From: Candidatus Omnitrophota bacterium
GTDB taxonomy: Bacteria; Omnitrophota; Gorgyraeia; Duberdicusellales; 4484-171
Length of the DNA: 64,000 bases
Direction: 5' to 3'
NCBI GenBank assembly: GCA_021735655.1
Contig: JAIPGM010000001.1
Span: 256,001 to 320,000, forward strand
The translations under genes were made by a program, and so were the position numbers. Every line of letters begins with the position of its first letter. Positions within the stretch are counted from its first letter, which is position 1. The notes under the pieces were generated by a model that saw nothing but the letters and a program-made list of their open reading frames with translations, was not told the DNA's origin and did not search any database. Shown here piece after piece: positions 8,847 through 19,077 of this stretch.

Positions 8847-9852
8847 ACCAGAGCAGGCCGCTATCTGCGTAGATGCCCTTTCAAAACAAAGTTTTCTTAA
8901 TTCTGAAATTGAAATTATCCTCATTAAAGATAAGGATCAGGTTATAGAATTAAAAAAAACTGATATAAAGATAATTATTATAGAAGAGGAAAATCCGCAC
9001 CCTGCTTTTCGGAGAAATTTAGGAGTAAAGCTAACTAATGCAAGGATATTGGCTTTTTTGGATGATGATACTATACCTTGCTCAGAGTGGCTTAGCGAAG
9101 CAGTTCGATACATCGAGAAAGAATCGGTAGATGGTGTTTGTGGGCCTGAATTGCAGTCGCAAAATAACTTATCACTGGGTTATACTCTGGCCGGGGCAGC
9201 TAATGAGACTTTTTTTGTAGAAGGAGTTGAGCGGATGAATGTTACTAGTGAGGGGCCAGTAAGATTTTATAATATTCGTTTATGTAATGTGATTATGAGG
9301 CGTAAAGTGTGGGAGGCCGTGGGAGGATTCAATGAAATAGCTAATTATCACATTGATGATATCGAGTTTTTTTATTTGGCTTGTAACAAAAAGTACAGGT
9401 TCCATTATATACCGAAGATGCTAGTTCACCATCGGCCAGAACCATTTCCTTTTAGATACCTAAAAAAGAAGTTTAACGAGCGGTTCTATACGGGCATGAA
9501 TGCTATGATGTTTAGGGAGATTTATTCATTGATTCCTCAGATATGGTTTGTATATTTACTATATCCGATCATAATTCTTATTTTTTTATTATTTTTTAGT
9601 AATAGCATGTATATCATGCCATTTTTAGCAATTTATTTTGGGCTAATTTTGTGGTTTTCCTACCCTTGGTTTCGGAAAAATAAAAAGATTTTTATTCTTT
9701 TGCCGATAGTATTTATATCGACGCATATAGTTGAGCTAATAGGTTTTTTAGCAGGTACTTTTTATTTTTTTGTTAACAGAAATTATGGGGATGTAACCGT
9801 TAGGATTAAACAGGGAAGATTAGAAAAATGCTCCGAAAGTTTGACGTTATAA
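8815..9852 (+). CDS. family-2 glycosyltransferase with C-terminal multi-TM domain (cassette copy 1)
   Basis: MKIAVIIPVTRP, LAFLDDDT (DxD-like), VGGFNE motif shared with the GT2 at 21075. Hydrophobic C-terminal third. Confidence 0.6.
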   Translation: MKIAVIIPVTRPEQAAICVDALSKQSFLNSEIEIILIKDKDQVIELKKTDIKIIIIEEENPHPAFRRNLGVKLTNARILAFLDDDTIPCSEWLSEAVRYIEKESVDGVCGPELQSQNNLSLGYTLAGAANETFFVEGVERMNVTSEGPVRFYNIRLCNVIMRRKVWEAVGGFNEIANYHIDDIEFFYLACNKKYRFHYIPKMLVHHRPEPFPFRYLKKKFNERFYTGMNAMMFREIYSLIPQIWFVYLLYPIIILIFLLFFSNSMYIMPFLAIYFGLILWFSYPWFRKNKKIFILLPIVFISTHIVELIGFLAGTFYFFVNRNYGDVTVRIKQGRLEKCSESLTL

Positions 9853-10904
9853 AATTTATTAAGGGATACTCTAAAAAAAGTCCGCCTACTTATGTTGTTT
9901 TTTTTGTCACTGCTCGATGCAATTTAAAATGCAAAATGTGTTTTTATTGGAAACGCATAGAGAATGCCAAGGCGGAGGAAGAGCTAAATTTAAATGAAAT
10001 AGAAGCTATATCTCGGTCTTTTGATTGGATTATGAATCTTGCTATTTCTGGCGGAGAACCTTTCTTGCGTGACGATCTTGACCAAATTTGTTTTATTTTT
10101 TATAAAAACAATCACTTGCGATTTATGAATATTCCTACAAATGGAAGTTTTCCGGCAAAAATAAGTTTGATGACTGAAAAAATATTGCGACTATGCAAAA
10201 AGTCTACGGTTACAATTGAATTATCTATAGATGGCATCGGAGAAGCTCATGATCATATCAGAGGGGTAGGAGGAAGCTTTGATAAACTTGAAGATACATA
10301 TTGGAGGCTATCAAAGCTAAAGAAAAGGTATGGTAATCTACGATTGGCGGCAGCAACAACTTTTTCTTATTACAACCAAAACCAGCTTAAGGAGATCATT
10401 TCGTATATAAAGCAGAAAAATTTTTTAGATGATTTTACTATATCAACGGTTCATGGTAATCCTAGGGATCCTATGGCGAAGAGTTTCGGGTTAGATAAGT
10501 ATACCGAGGCTATGAATTTACTTTATAAAGATAAATTATGTAGCAAAAAGGCTTTTGAAAGAGGGCTTCGTGCTTTAAGAAAATCAGTCACTCAAGAAGT
10601 TGTTAACGTGATAAAATATGGAAGGTTAAGGTCTCCTTGTACAGCAGGGAATAAAATAATTGTCATAGATGAAACGGGGAATGTTTTTCCTTGTGAGCCA
10701 ATTAGCGAAAGAATAGGCAGCCTTCGTGATGATGGTTATGATATAAAAAAAATAATTTACTCTAAAAAAAGATACGATTTTGAGAAAAAATACAAAATAA
10801 ATTCTGAGTGTAGCTGTAATTGGGAGTGCGCCATCCTTAATAATGTAATTTATAATCCGAAAAATTTGCCATATTTGATTAGAAATTGGTTTATTGGTTG
10901 TTAA
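9828..10904 (+). CDS. radical SAM protein with Cys-rich C-terminal (SPASM/twitch-like) extension, paralog B1
   Basis: FFVTARCNLKCKMCFYW (CxxxCxxC), SGGEPFLRDD, C-terminal FPCEP...CSCNWEC. Confidence 0.75.
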   Translation: MLRKFDVIKFIKGYSKKSPPTYVVFFVTARCNLKCKMCFYWKRIENAKAEEELNLNEIEAISRSFDWIMNLAISGGEPFLRDDLDQICFIFYKNNHLRFMNIPTNGSFPAKISLMTEKILRLCKKSTVTIELSIDGIGEAHDHIRGVGGSFDKLEDTYWRLSKLKKRYGNLRLAAATTFSYYNQNQLKEIISYIKQKNFLDDFTISTVHGNPRDPMAKSFGLDKYTEAMNLLYKDKLCSKKAFERGLRALRKSVTQEVVNVIKYGRLRSPCTAGNKIIVIDETGNVFPCEPISERIGSLRDDGYDIKKIIYSKKRYDFEKKYKINSECSCNWECAILNNVIYNPKNLPYLIRNWFIGC

Positions 10905-10939
10905 TATATTATAATTAATCTATTCATTTTGGAGTGTTG

Positions 10940-11764
10940 ATGCAAGTTGAAAGTGGGCTGAACGCGATAAGTATAGATGTAGAAGAGTGGTACCAAACAA
11001 CGCTTATCAATGGAAATAATTTTAGTAACACAGAATCTACAAGTTTATTAAAAAATATAGATGAGATATTGTCACTTTTTGAGGAGTGTAACACGAAAGC
11101 TACTTTTTTTATTGTAGGATCAGTAGTTAAGCAATATCCTGATATTGTTAGAATGATAGCTGAGCGAGGTCATGAGTTGGCCAGCCATGGTTATTTCCAT
11201 AAATTAGTTTATAGAATGTCTAAGCAGGAGTTCTCTCGTGACCTTGCCCTTTCGTTAGATGTTTTAAGAGAGAGTGCACAGACGAATATTTTAGGATATC
11301 GTGCCCCGACTTGGTCAATTATTAATGATGCTCATTGGGCGGTAGATATTCTTCAGGCGGCAGGATTAAGGTATGATTCAAGTATTTATCCTTTTAGTTT
11401 TAATTTGATAAAATCTCGAAAATTAGAAAGGTTTCCATATAAAATTAATGATAATTTTATTGAATTTCCGCCCTCTACATTCAAATTTTTGAATTACAAC
11501 TTACCTTTTTGTGGAGGCATGTTTTTACGTAATTTTCCGCTTAGTTTTATCAAGAATAAAATTATTGAGATAAACGCAAAAGGCCATCCGGCCATGGTCT
11601 ATCTACACTCTTGGGAGTTTGATAGTCAGGCAGCTAAGTTCAAAATTCCTAATTGGAAAAGATTGATTCAATATAGTAATATAGGCAGCGTGAAAGGAAA
11701 GCTATTAGAACTTTTGCAAAGCTTTAAATTTACTTCAATAAAAGAAGTTTTACAGCTTAGGTAA
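10940..11764 (+). CDS. polysaccharide deacetylase-family protein (DUF3473-type)
   Basis: N-terminal AISIDVEEWYQ signature of EPS-locus polysaccharide deacetylases, HGYFH. ATG 10940 with GGAG 5 nt upstream preferred over the track GTG start at 10934. Confidence 0.6.
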   Translation: MQVESGLNAISIDVEEWYQTTLINGNNFSNTESTSLLKNIDEILSLFEECNTKATFFIVGSVVKQYPDIVRMIAERGHELASHGYFHKLVYRMSKQEFSRDLALSLDVLRESAQTNILGYRAPTWSIINDAHWAVDILQAAGLRYDSSIYPFSFNLIKSRKLERFPYKINDNFIEFPPSTFKFLNYNLPFCGGMFLRNFPLSFIKNKIIEINAKGHPAMVYLHSWEFDSQAAKFKIPNWKRLIQYSNIGSVKGKLLELLQSFKFTSIKEVLQLR

Positions 11765-11864
11765 TGTAGCATTAAAAGAAGCGTTTGAATCTTTTTTGCT
11801 TATTTTTTAAAGATGGATTTATGATTATTATTTTTTAAATGTTCACTACTTAGAAAGTATTATT

Positions 11865-13559
11865 ATGATGATTACTCGCAGTCGATTTACAAATTTTATT
11901 TTCTATTTAATTATTTTTTTTGTAGTCTTGCTAGCATGTTTATTTATATTTAATAATATAGCGAAGTTTTCCTATTTAACTTATGATAATGAAGAGAGTG
12001 AGAAAGTGTTGCCAGCATTGGTTATTTATCAGGATTTTCGCTCAGGCGACTTAATTTCCTTTCTCAAGCATACATTCGACCAATCAGTGTACCCTTTTTT
12101 AAATTCCTGGTTTCTAGGCTTATATTATTGTATTTTTGGAGTTAGCATAATTAGTTCTCGGGTTTATAGTTTAATTTGTTACTTTTTTTTCCTTATTGTT
12201 TTATATTTTCTCGGTAGAAAAATATGCAAAAGACCTAGCGCTATTTCAGGTTTGATTCCTTGTTTTTTTGCTTTAACTAGTAGCATAGTGCTTATTTATG
12301 CAGCTAAGAGCACTCTTGAATTACCTTACTTATTTGTAGCCTATTGTACATTTGCTTTGTATCTAAATACAATAAACAAGCCCAGTCGCAATAAATTAAT
12401 CGCAGTGAGTTGTTTGATGGCTGCTGGTTTTTTGATCGAGTATGGCTATGGAATTCTAATGGTAATTACGCTTTTAGCAACTCATTTAATAAATAATGGT
12501 TTCAAAGTCAAAAGTATTATAAACAAATCGGTTGCTTATCTCTTTGGACCTTTCATTGTTCTTTCAATTATATGGCTAAGTTTTCCTTTTCGCTTCGTAG
12601 GCTATGTTAGTAAGATTCCTTTTACCGCTTCTTCTTACCTAAAAATTAAACTGCCCTATAAACTTGCTGGACTTTTATATTTGCCAACCTCAGATGTATC
12701 GCACTATAAGATGTTTAGTTGGGAAAATGCTGTTTATTATTTTAAAATAATTAGTAATCAATTTTCAATTTCGCTTATTGTTGCTTTGCTGCTTCTTGTA
12801 TTTTTTTCAGTTTCTTTTCGTGATATAAAAAATAAGAGAACTAATGTTTTTTTGATATATTTTGTTGTTACAATGATATTAGCTTTCCTTTACCCGATTA
12901 AATCTCATCGATACATAATATCAGCTGTTCCCTGCCTTTGGCTTTTAGCCGGTTATCAGATTAATAATTTAATACTTAAGGCAAAAAAGATGTCGCTTGC
13001 TTATAGATATTTCCTTAATCTATTCGTTGTTTTATTTGTATTTTTACATGTTCCAAGCGTGGTTAATCTATACAAGAATTATCCGCAACGCTTATCATGG
13101 GAATATGAGTCTAAAAAAGATCATTTAGAAGTTTACAATTTCATTCTTTCACATATAGATGTTAATAAAAAAGTAGTTGAAGTTGGGTTCCGTGATCCTC
13201 TTTTGATACAAGGACTTACTTGGCATATTCTTGCTAGGCCTTCCAATAAAGATATAAGCTATGATGACTTAAAATTAAGATCTGTTCCTCTCTGGAATTT
13301 AGCAGACGATAGGTTGTATGATGCTAAACATTTAGTTGCGTCTTTACGAGAATATTTGGATGAAAAGGAAGTTGATTATATTGTTTTTACAGAATGGTTA
13401 GGTGATTCGACAGAACATGGAGACCTTCGATATCAGAAAGTTTTGGCTGTCTGCCGAGAGTTATTGAATAATCAAGATTGCTACAAGATAGTAAGGAAAA
13501 AATTATTTAAAGATATCCAAACCGAGGTAGCTATTTACAAAGCAAATAGTTTTTATTAA
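11865..13559 (+). CDS. polytopic membrane protein, GT-C-fold glycosyltransferase-like (ArnT/PMT-like)
   Basis: More than 10 predicted TM helices in the first ~400 aa. Acidic first loop YDNEESE. Soluble C-terminal domain. Confidence 0.45.
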   Translation: MMITRSRFTNFIFYLIIFFVVLLACLFIFNNIAKFSYLTYDNEESEKVLPALVIYQDFRSGDLISFLKHTFDQSVYPFLNSWFLGLYYCIFGVSIISSRVYSLICYFFFLIVLYFLGRKICKRPSAISGLIPCFFALTSSIVLIYAAKSTLELPYLFVAYCTFALYLNTINKPSRNKLIAVSCLMAAGFLIEYGYGILMVITLLATHLINNGFKVKSIINKSVAYLFGPFIVLSIIWLSFPFRFVGYVSKIPFTASSYLKIKLPYKLAGLLYLPTSDVSHYKMFSWENAVYYFKIISNQFSISLIVALLLLVFFSVSFRDIKNKRTNVFLIYFVVTMILAFLYPIKSHRYIISAVPCLWLLAGYQINNLILKAKKMSLAYRYFLNLFVVLFVFLHVPSVVNLYKNYPQRLSWEYESKKDHLEVYNFILSHIDVNKKVVEVGFRDPLLIQGLTWHILARPSNKDISYDDLKLRSVPLWNLADDRLYDAKHLVASLREYLDEKEVDYIVFTEWLGDSTEHGDLRYQKVLAVCRELLNNQDCYKIVRKKLFKDIQTEVAIYKANSFY

Positions 13560-13569
13560 GATTGTAATT

Positions 13570-14586
13570 ATGAAAAAATTAAAAATATTGTTATCTAAAT
13601 ATGCGTCATTGCTGAGGGCGACATTTTATAGCCGGAGATTACCTAACGCCTTTAAATCTTTGCTTTCTTATATGTTTCGAAGGCCTAAGGCGTGGGGTTT
13701 GCCGCCAATTGTCCAGATAGAACCGACCACTAATTGCAATCTGAAATGTGCCCTGTGCCTTACTGGTAGAGGTCAATTAAAGAGGCTTAAAGGAGATATG
13801 TCTTTTGATTTTTTTAAAGAAATAATAAACCAGCTGGAAGATATCATAATTTACTTAGTTATGTATAATTTAGGCGAACCTTTATTAAATAAAGAAATAT
13901 TCAAAATGATAGAGTATGCAAAGATGAAGAAGATTTTTATTAGACTCAGTACCAATGGTGCATTTTTGAGCAAGCAAGACATAGAGAATTTAGTTAGATT
14001 TAAAGTAGACGAGGTGATTATTTCTCTTGATTGTGCAAATTCAGAGATATACGAAAAGTATAAGGGGAGTGATGGTTTCAAAAAAGTTATTGAAAATACA
14101 GGTTTGCTAATTAAACAGCGGGGAGACAACTTGAAGCCTTTCGTTGATTTGCAAGTTTTAGCCATGAGAGGTATTGAGAGGGACATTATTCATTTTAAGG
14201 AATTAGCACGGAATCTGGGGGTTGATCGGGCCTTAATCAAGAAGTTGCGTGTTAACTTTCCAGGAATTCCTTCAGATGAAAGTTTTTTGCCTAAAAATTC
14301 AAGATATGTTCGAAAAGCATATCGAAAAAAAACTTACAAAAGCAATAATTGCTATAAACTGTGGTTATCAACGCTTATTTTGTGGGATGGGGTGGTTGTT
14401 CCTTGTTGTTTTGATATGGAGGGGCATTATTCTTTAGGAAGTATATTGCAGGTGGAATTGAAGCAAATTTGGAATAGCGATAAGTATAAATTATTTCGAA
14501 AGAATGCATCGAAGGGTGCGGGTAAAACATCTTTGTGCAAAGATTGCAGTTTGGGTTGTTTATCGGGGGATTTATCGCTTTTGTGA
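13570..14586 (+). CDS. radical SAM/SPASM-domain protein, type C
   Basis: IEPTTNCNLKCALCLTG (CxxxCxxC). C-terminal VVPCCFD...CKDCSLGC. Confidence 0.75.
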   Translation: MKKLKILLSKYASLLRATFYSRRLPNAFKSLLSYMFRRPKAWGLPPIVQIEPTTNCNLKCALCLTGRGQLKRLKGDMSFDFFKEIINQLEDIIIYLVMYNLGEPLLNKEIFKMIEYAKMKKIFIRLSTNGAFLSKQDIENLVRFKVDEVIISLDCANSEIYEKYKGSDGFKKVIENTGLLIKQRGDNLKPFVDLQVLAMRGIERDIIHFKELARNLGVDRALIKKLRVNFPGIPSDESFLPKNSRYVRKAYRKKTYKSNNCYKLWLSTLILWDGVVVPCCFDMEGHYSLGSILQVELKQIWNSDKYKLFRKNASKGAGKTSLCKDCSLGCLSGDLSLL

Positions 14587-14608
14587 TAGCAGAATTAATT
14601 GAATATTT

Positions 14609-15466
14609 ATGAAAAAAGTTATAATCAATGCTGATGATTTTGGGTTAACTGAAGGAATTAATAAAGGAATAATAGAAGCACATAAGAAAGGGGCAGTGAC
14701 TAGTGCATCATTAATGACAAATATGCCATCATTTTATGATGCTATAAGGTTAGCTAAAGATAATCCTGGTTTGGGTGTGGGGGTTCATCTTAATATTGTG
14801 CGCGGTGAGCCGGTTCTTCCTTTAGGGAACGTTAGAACGCTTGTTGATAAAGAAGGTTTTTTCCTGCGAAATATTTTTAAAATTATAGCAGGCATATATC
14901 AGAATAAAATAGATTTGATTGAGCTTGAGTCGGAATGGGTTGCTCAGATTGAGAGAGCTTTAGAAAATGGAATGTCAGTTACTCATCTAGATAGCGAAAA
15001 GCATCTGCATTTGATAGGGCCAGCTTTAAAGATTCTTAAAGTGTTGGCAAAACGCTATAAGATATCAAAAATAAGAGCGATTAATGAGCCTATGTATTTT
15101 AATAAGATATTTTCGAACCCTTTTTGCATTTTTAGAAAATGTTTTTATAAAACACTAGTTGTTAATTTGTTATCAAACCAAATGCAGGGCTTAAGATCTA
15201 CTGATTATTTTTACGGTTCTTACGAAGCAGGCAATATGATTTTAGAAAAATATCAAAATTTGTTTTCTTGCCTAGAGGATGGTCTTACTGAAATAATGTG
15301 TCATCCAGGCTATATCATCGGAGAGCAAGAGCGTACTTTACTTAATTATAATAGATATTCGCTAATCGGTAAACGCGAACGCGAATTGCAGGCATTGATT
15401 AATCCAAAGTTCAGCGAATTAGTGAAGCAATTCAATATAAGTTTAGTTAGTTATAAGGATGTATAA
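14609..15466 (+). CDS. ChbG/HpnK (YdjC-like) carbohydrate deacetylase-family protein
   Basis: N-terminus MKKVIINADDFGLTEGINKGIIEAHKKGAVTSASLM matches the YdjC family signature. Confidence 0.7.
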   Translation: MKKVIINADDFGLTEGINKGIIEAHKKGAVTSASLMTNMPSFYDAIRLAKDNPGLGVGVHLNIVRGEPVLPLGNVRTLVDKEGFFLRNIFKIIAGIYQNKIDLIELESEWVAQIERALENGMSVTHLDSEKHLHLIGPALKILKVLAKRYKISKIRAINEPMYFNKIFSNPFCIFRKCFYKTLVVNLLSNQMQGLRSTDYFYGSYEAGNMILEKYQNLFSCLEDGLTEIMCHPGYIIGEQERTLLNYNRYSLIGKRERELQALINPKFSELVKQFNISLVSYKDV

Positions 15467-15478
15467 GTTAAAGGCGGC

Positions 15479-16219
15479 ATGATAAAAGATATTTCTGTAA
15501 TTATACCTTTGCATAATGAATCCAAGAATATAATGATTCTTTATGACAAGTTAAAAAAGGAATTAGAGCGCTTGAGTAGGGATTATGAGATTATTTTTGT
15601 GGATGATGGGTCCGACGACGATACCTTCAGAATATTAACTGATATTTACGAGAAGGATACCTCAGTAAACATTATTAGTTTTGATAGAAATTATGGCCAA
15701 ACCGCCGGTTTGGCCGCAGGATTTAAGTTTGCAAAGGGAAATATTATTATTACCATGGACGGAGACTTGCAGCATGATCCAGAGGATATTCATAAGTTTA
15801 TCGATAAAATTCAGGACGGTTACGATATGGTAGGTGGGTGGAAAGTTAAAAGATCCGATAACTTTTTTACAAGAAGGCTGCCATCTTTAATTGTAAATAG
15901 AGTAATTTCTTTTTTATTTAAGGTAAAGATGCACGAAGTAAGTTCAACTTATAAGGCTTACAAGAAAGACGTGGTCAAAAATATATTTTTGTACGGTGGT
16001 TTGCATCGTTTTATCCCTTTACTTATTGAAAGCAATTGTTCAGTGTGCGAGGTAGAGATAAGGCACAATAAAAGGCTTTATGGCAAGTCCCATTACAATA
16101 TCGGCAGGGTAGGGAGTGTTATTCACGATTTAGTAATGTTATTGTGGGCGCGTGGTGATAAAAGCTCTAAGCCAAAAAAGCTTGTTTATTCAATAAAAGA
16201 CATGAAATATCATAAGTAA
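15479..16219 (+). CDS. family-2 glycosyltransferase, polyprenyl-phosphate sugar synthase-like (Dpm1/ArnC-like)
   Basis: VIIPLHNESKNI, FVDDGSDDDT, MDGDLQHDPEDI (DxD and QxxD motifs). Confidence 0.7.
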   Translation: MIKDISVIIPLHNESKNIMILYDKLKKELERLSRDYEIIFVDDGSDDDTFRILTDIYEKDTSVNIISFDRNYGQTAGLAAGFKFAKGNIIITMDGDLQHDPEDIHKFIDKIQDGYDMVGGWKVKRSDNFFTRRLPSLIVNRVISFLFKVKMHEVSSTYKAYKKDVVKNIFLYGGLHRFIPLLIESNCSVCEVEIRHNKRLYGKSHYNIGRVGSVIHDLVMLLWARGDKSSKPKKLVYSIKDMKYHK

Positions 16220-16229
16220 ATATATCATT

Positions 16230-17837
16230 ATGACTACAGCGCGATATTCAAAAAATACAGAAAGACTTTTGTTGGGTATTTTGGCGGTGATTTCTCTTTT
16301 GGTTACTTTATATTGCCAGTACCCTTTGTTGACAAATAAATATGCGATTAACGATGATGTGCGCCAAGAAATCTACTTTTATAGTAATTACAATAATAGT
16401 AATCTTTTTCGGAACGATCCAATAACTGATTATTACCGAAGTTGGAATCCTTCGGGATTAAATACATTTTATTATTTTGCAAGCCTGTTTCATGATCCGA
16501 TAGGGGTTACAAAAATATTACCTTTTTTTCTTTGTGTGTTTTCGGCGCTTTACATGTTCGGGATAGGTAAGATATTGAAAGGTAATCTTTGTGGATTCTT
16601 AAGCGGCCTTTTGTTTATTTCTTTAGCCTGGAGCAGAGAGGCTTTTGAAGTTTTTGGTACCGGCAATGGAGAAGATTTTGCGGTAGTTTTCTGTGTGATG
16701 TTTTTGTATTATCTATTGAAAAAAGATTTACTTAAGTCTAGTATAACTTTGATTTTGCTTTCACTTTTCCACCCGTCCTTACTTCTAATTTGTCTATTGA
16801 CTCAATTTTTAGTTTTGATTATAGATTGCCTGAAACATAATAAATCAGCCTCAAAGAAACTATTGGGTTTTATGATAACCTTAATAATAATATTTTTAAT
16901 ATTGTGGCCAAAATATTTATCTGGTCAAATAAAGCTTACTAAATTAAAAGAGATGAAGGCCATGGAGGAGTTTTATCCCGGAGGGAGAAAACCACTTTTT
17001 TTTGAGTCTAGTTATGAACGCTGGACTAACTACGAGAGTGGTTTGGCAATAGATTATCCTTTGAGATGGTTGTTTGGGGTCGCTTCGATCGCCCTCCTTG
17101 TTCTCAGAAAGAAAATTTTGAAGGTTATGCCACCGCAGCTGTTTTATTTTATATTTATTTCTTTTGTATTGTTTGGGATCGCAAATTTATTCATGTATTC
17201 GCTATACGGTCCTTCAAGATATGTTAGATATCCGTTACCTTTATTTTTAATTTTTATTATAACCTTAGGTGTTAGTGAGATTACACAAAAGATAAAGGTG
17301 TCAGCAGGCAGGATAGCACTTATAACAGGGTTTATCGCCTTGATTGGTTTATCCTTTGCGCCTAAGCTACATGCTCATTATGTCGTAGCTCCCTATCCCG
17401 GCCTTTATAGGTTTTTATCAACGCTTCCTGAAAGTAGTCTTATTGCCGGACACCCGGTTTTAATGGATGATGTGCCTACTTTTGCCAAAAGAATAGTGTT
17501 TATTAGTCAAGAAACCTCTATGCCTTATTACGCTAATTTTTATCCTTTCATTAAGAAGCGCACCTATGATTTTTTCCGGGCCTATTATTCTAATGATTTG
17601 CGAGAAATTGATGATTTTTTTAAAAAGTATAATATAACCCACATGGTTGTCCAAAAAAGTAATTTTTCCGAGGACTACATAAAAAGATCTCAATTTTATT
17701 TTAATCCTTTTAATGCTTACGTTGAAGATATTATAAAGAATAGAAAGAAATTTGCCTTAATGGACGTCCCTCAAGATAGCAGATTGTTTGAGACCGAAGA
17801 TGTTTTTGTGATCGCAAAGGATAGCCTTGTTTTCTAA
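16230..17837 (+). CDS. polytopic membrane protein, GT-C-like
   Basis: Many TM helices. Acidic loop INDDVRQE after TM1. C-terminal soluble domain. Confidence 0.4.
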   Translation: MTTARYSKNTERLLLGILAVISLLVTLYCQYPLLTNKYAINDDVRQEIYFYSNYNNSNLFRNDPITDYYRSWNPSGLNTFYYFASLFHDPIGVTKILPFFLCVFSALYMFGIGKILKGNLCGFLSGLLFISLAWSREAFEVFGTGNGEDFAVVFCVMFLYYLLKKDLLKSSITLILLSLFHPSLLLICLLTQFLVLIIDCLKHNKSASKKLLGFMITLIIIFLILWPKYLSGQIKLTKLKEMKAMEEFYPGGRKPLFFESSYERWTNYESGLAIDYPLRWLFGVASIALLVLRKKILKVMPPQLFYFIFISFVLFGIANLFMYSLYGPSRYVRYPLPLFLIFIITLGVSEITQKIKVSAGRIALITGFIALIGLSFAPKLHAHYVVAPYPGLYRFLSTLPESSLIAGHPVLMDDVPTFAKRIVFISQETSMPYYANFYPFIKKRTYDFFRAYYSNDLREIDDFFKKYNITHMVVQKSNFSEDYIKRSQFYFNPFNAYVEDIIKNRKKFALMDVPQDSRLFETEDVFVIAKDSLVF

Positions 17838-17854
17838 AGGAGTTTACGCTAGCC

Positions 17855-19072
17855 ATGTTTATAAAAGCTATACCACCGCATAGGATAGCCGTTACATATA
17901 AAGAAATGTTAAAGCTATTAAGCCTTTTTTTCCAGAGGAAGCTTATGGAGGGCGATTCTATTGAGGAATTTGAACAGAGGTTTGCTGAATATATCGGAAC
18001 CGAATCGGCCTGTGCTGTTTCCTCGGGAAGATACGGATTGAAATTGATACTAGAGTCTTTAGGGCTAAAAAAAGGCGATGAAATAATTATCCCGGCTTAT
18101 ACTTTTTATGTTGTTCCCGAAGTGGTCAAAAAGGCGGGGTTTGTCCCGGTGTTCGTGGACATAAACGCTAATGATTATAATATAGATACCCGATGTATAG
18201 AAGAGAAAATTACCGAAAAGACAAAAGTTATCATTGCGGTACACCTTTTCGGAAAACCTTGCGAATTGGATAGAATATCAGAGATTGCTAAAAAGCATGG
18301 TTTGTTCGTGATTGAAGATTGTGCACAGTCAATTGGCGCTGAATATCGAAATAAAAAAGTCGGATCTTTCGGTAATTGTGCCTATTTCAGTTTTGAAACA
18401 GTAAAACCTTTTCATACTTTCGGCGGAGGAATGATAGTAACTAGTAACAAATCATTACATCAAAAGTTAAAAAAAGCTACGCAGGTATGTTCTTACCCGA
18501 AGTATTCGGGAGTTGCTAAGAAGATATTTTTTACCATTATGGAATCAATGTTAACCAGCTATTTTTTGTTCACAATTTTTATATACCCACTTTTTTTCCT
18601 GGCCATGATTTTTGGTAAAGATCTTAAGAAAGTCGCCAAGCGGACAAAGGGAAAATTTAAGTTGCTTCAGACAAGGTATACTAATTTTCAGGCTTCAATA
18701 GGAATTCTTAAATTTGGAGCCTTAGATTTTCAACTTGAAAGAATGATTATGAATGTAAAGCTTCTAAATGAAAGATTAGATCAAAGTATAGCCACTCAGA
18801 ATTTAGACGACCATACTAAGCCTATATTTTATTACTTTGTTGTTAAAAGCAAAAATAGGAAGAATTTTTCTAATGTTTTATTCCGTAAGGGGATAATCGG
18901 GACTACTAATATGGCACAAAATTGCTGTAAGGATAGTTCTCTCGGCGATTATTATCCGGTTGCCCGGGAAGCGGATGCCGATCTTTTTCAAATACCGGTA
19001 TACAGTAATTTTTCTTTAAAAGACATTGAGCGTTTGTCTAGCATTCTAAATAGGTATTTTAAACAAGAATAG
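17855..19072 (+). CDS. DegT/DnrJ/EryC1/StrS-family PLP-dependent sugar aminotransferase
   Basis: DCAQSIGAEY, FSFETVKPF (PLP-lysine region), overall family length and architecture. Confidence 0.65.
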   Translation: MFIKAIPPHRIAVTYKEMLKLLSLFFQRKLMEGDSIEEFEQRFAEYIGTESACAVSSGRYGLKLILESLGLKKGDEIIIPAYTFYVVPEVVKKAGFVPVFVDINANDYNIDTRCIEEKITEKTKVIIAVHLFGKPCELDRISEIAKKHGLFVIEDCAQSIGAEYRNKKVGSFGNCAYFSFETVKPFHTFGGGMIVTSNKSLHQKLKKATQVCSYPKYSGVAKKIFFTIMESMLTSYFLFTIFIYPLFFLAMIFGKDLKKVAKRTKGKFKLLQTRYTNFQASIGILKFGALDFQLERMIMNVKLLNERLDQSIATQNLDDHTKPIFYYFVVKSKNRKNFSNVLFRKGIIGTTNMAQNCCKDSSLGDYYPVAREADADLFQIPVYSNFSLKDIERLSSILNRYFKQE

Positions 19073-19077
19073 CGAAA

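Noticed and set aside
1-15466. Hopanoid-biosynthesis interpretation (HpnR-like B12-rSAM, HpnE-like amine oxidase, HpnK-like ChbG deacetylase)
   Set aside because: No squalene synthase, squalene-hopene cyclase or HpnH/HpnG is present in the window. All three families are generic, and the surrounding GT2/GT4/WecA/Wzy context favours a glycan pathway.
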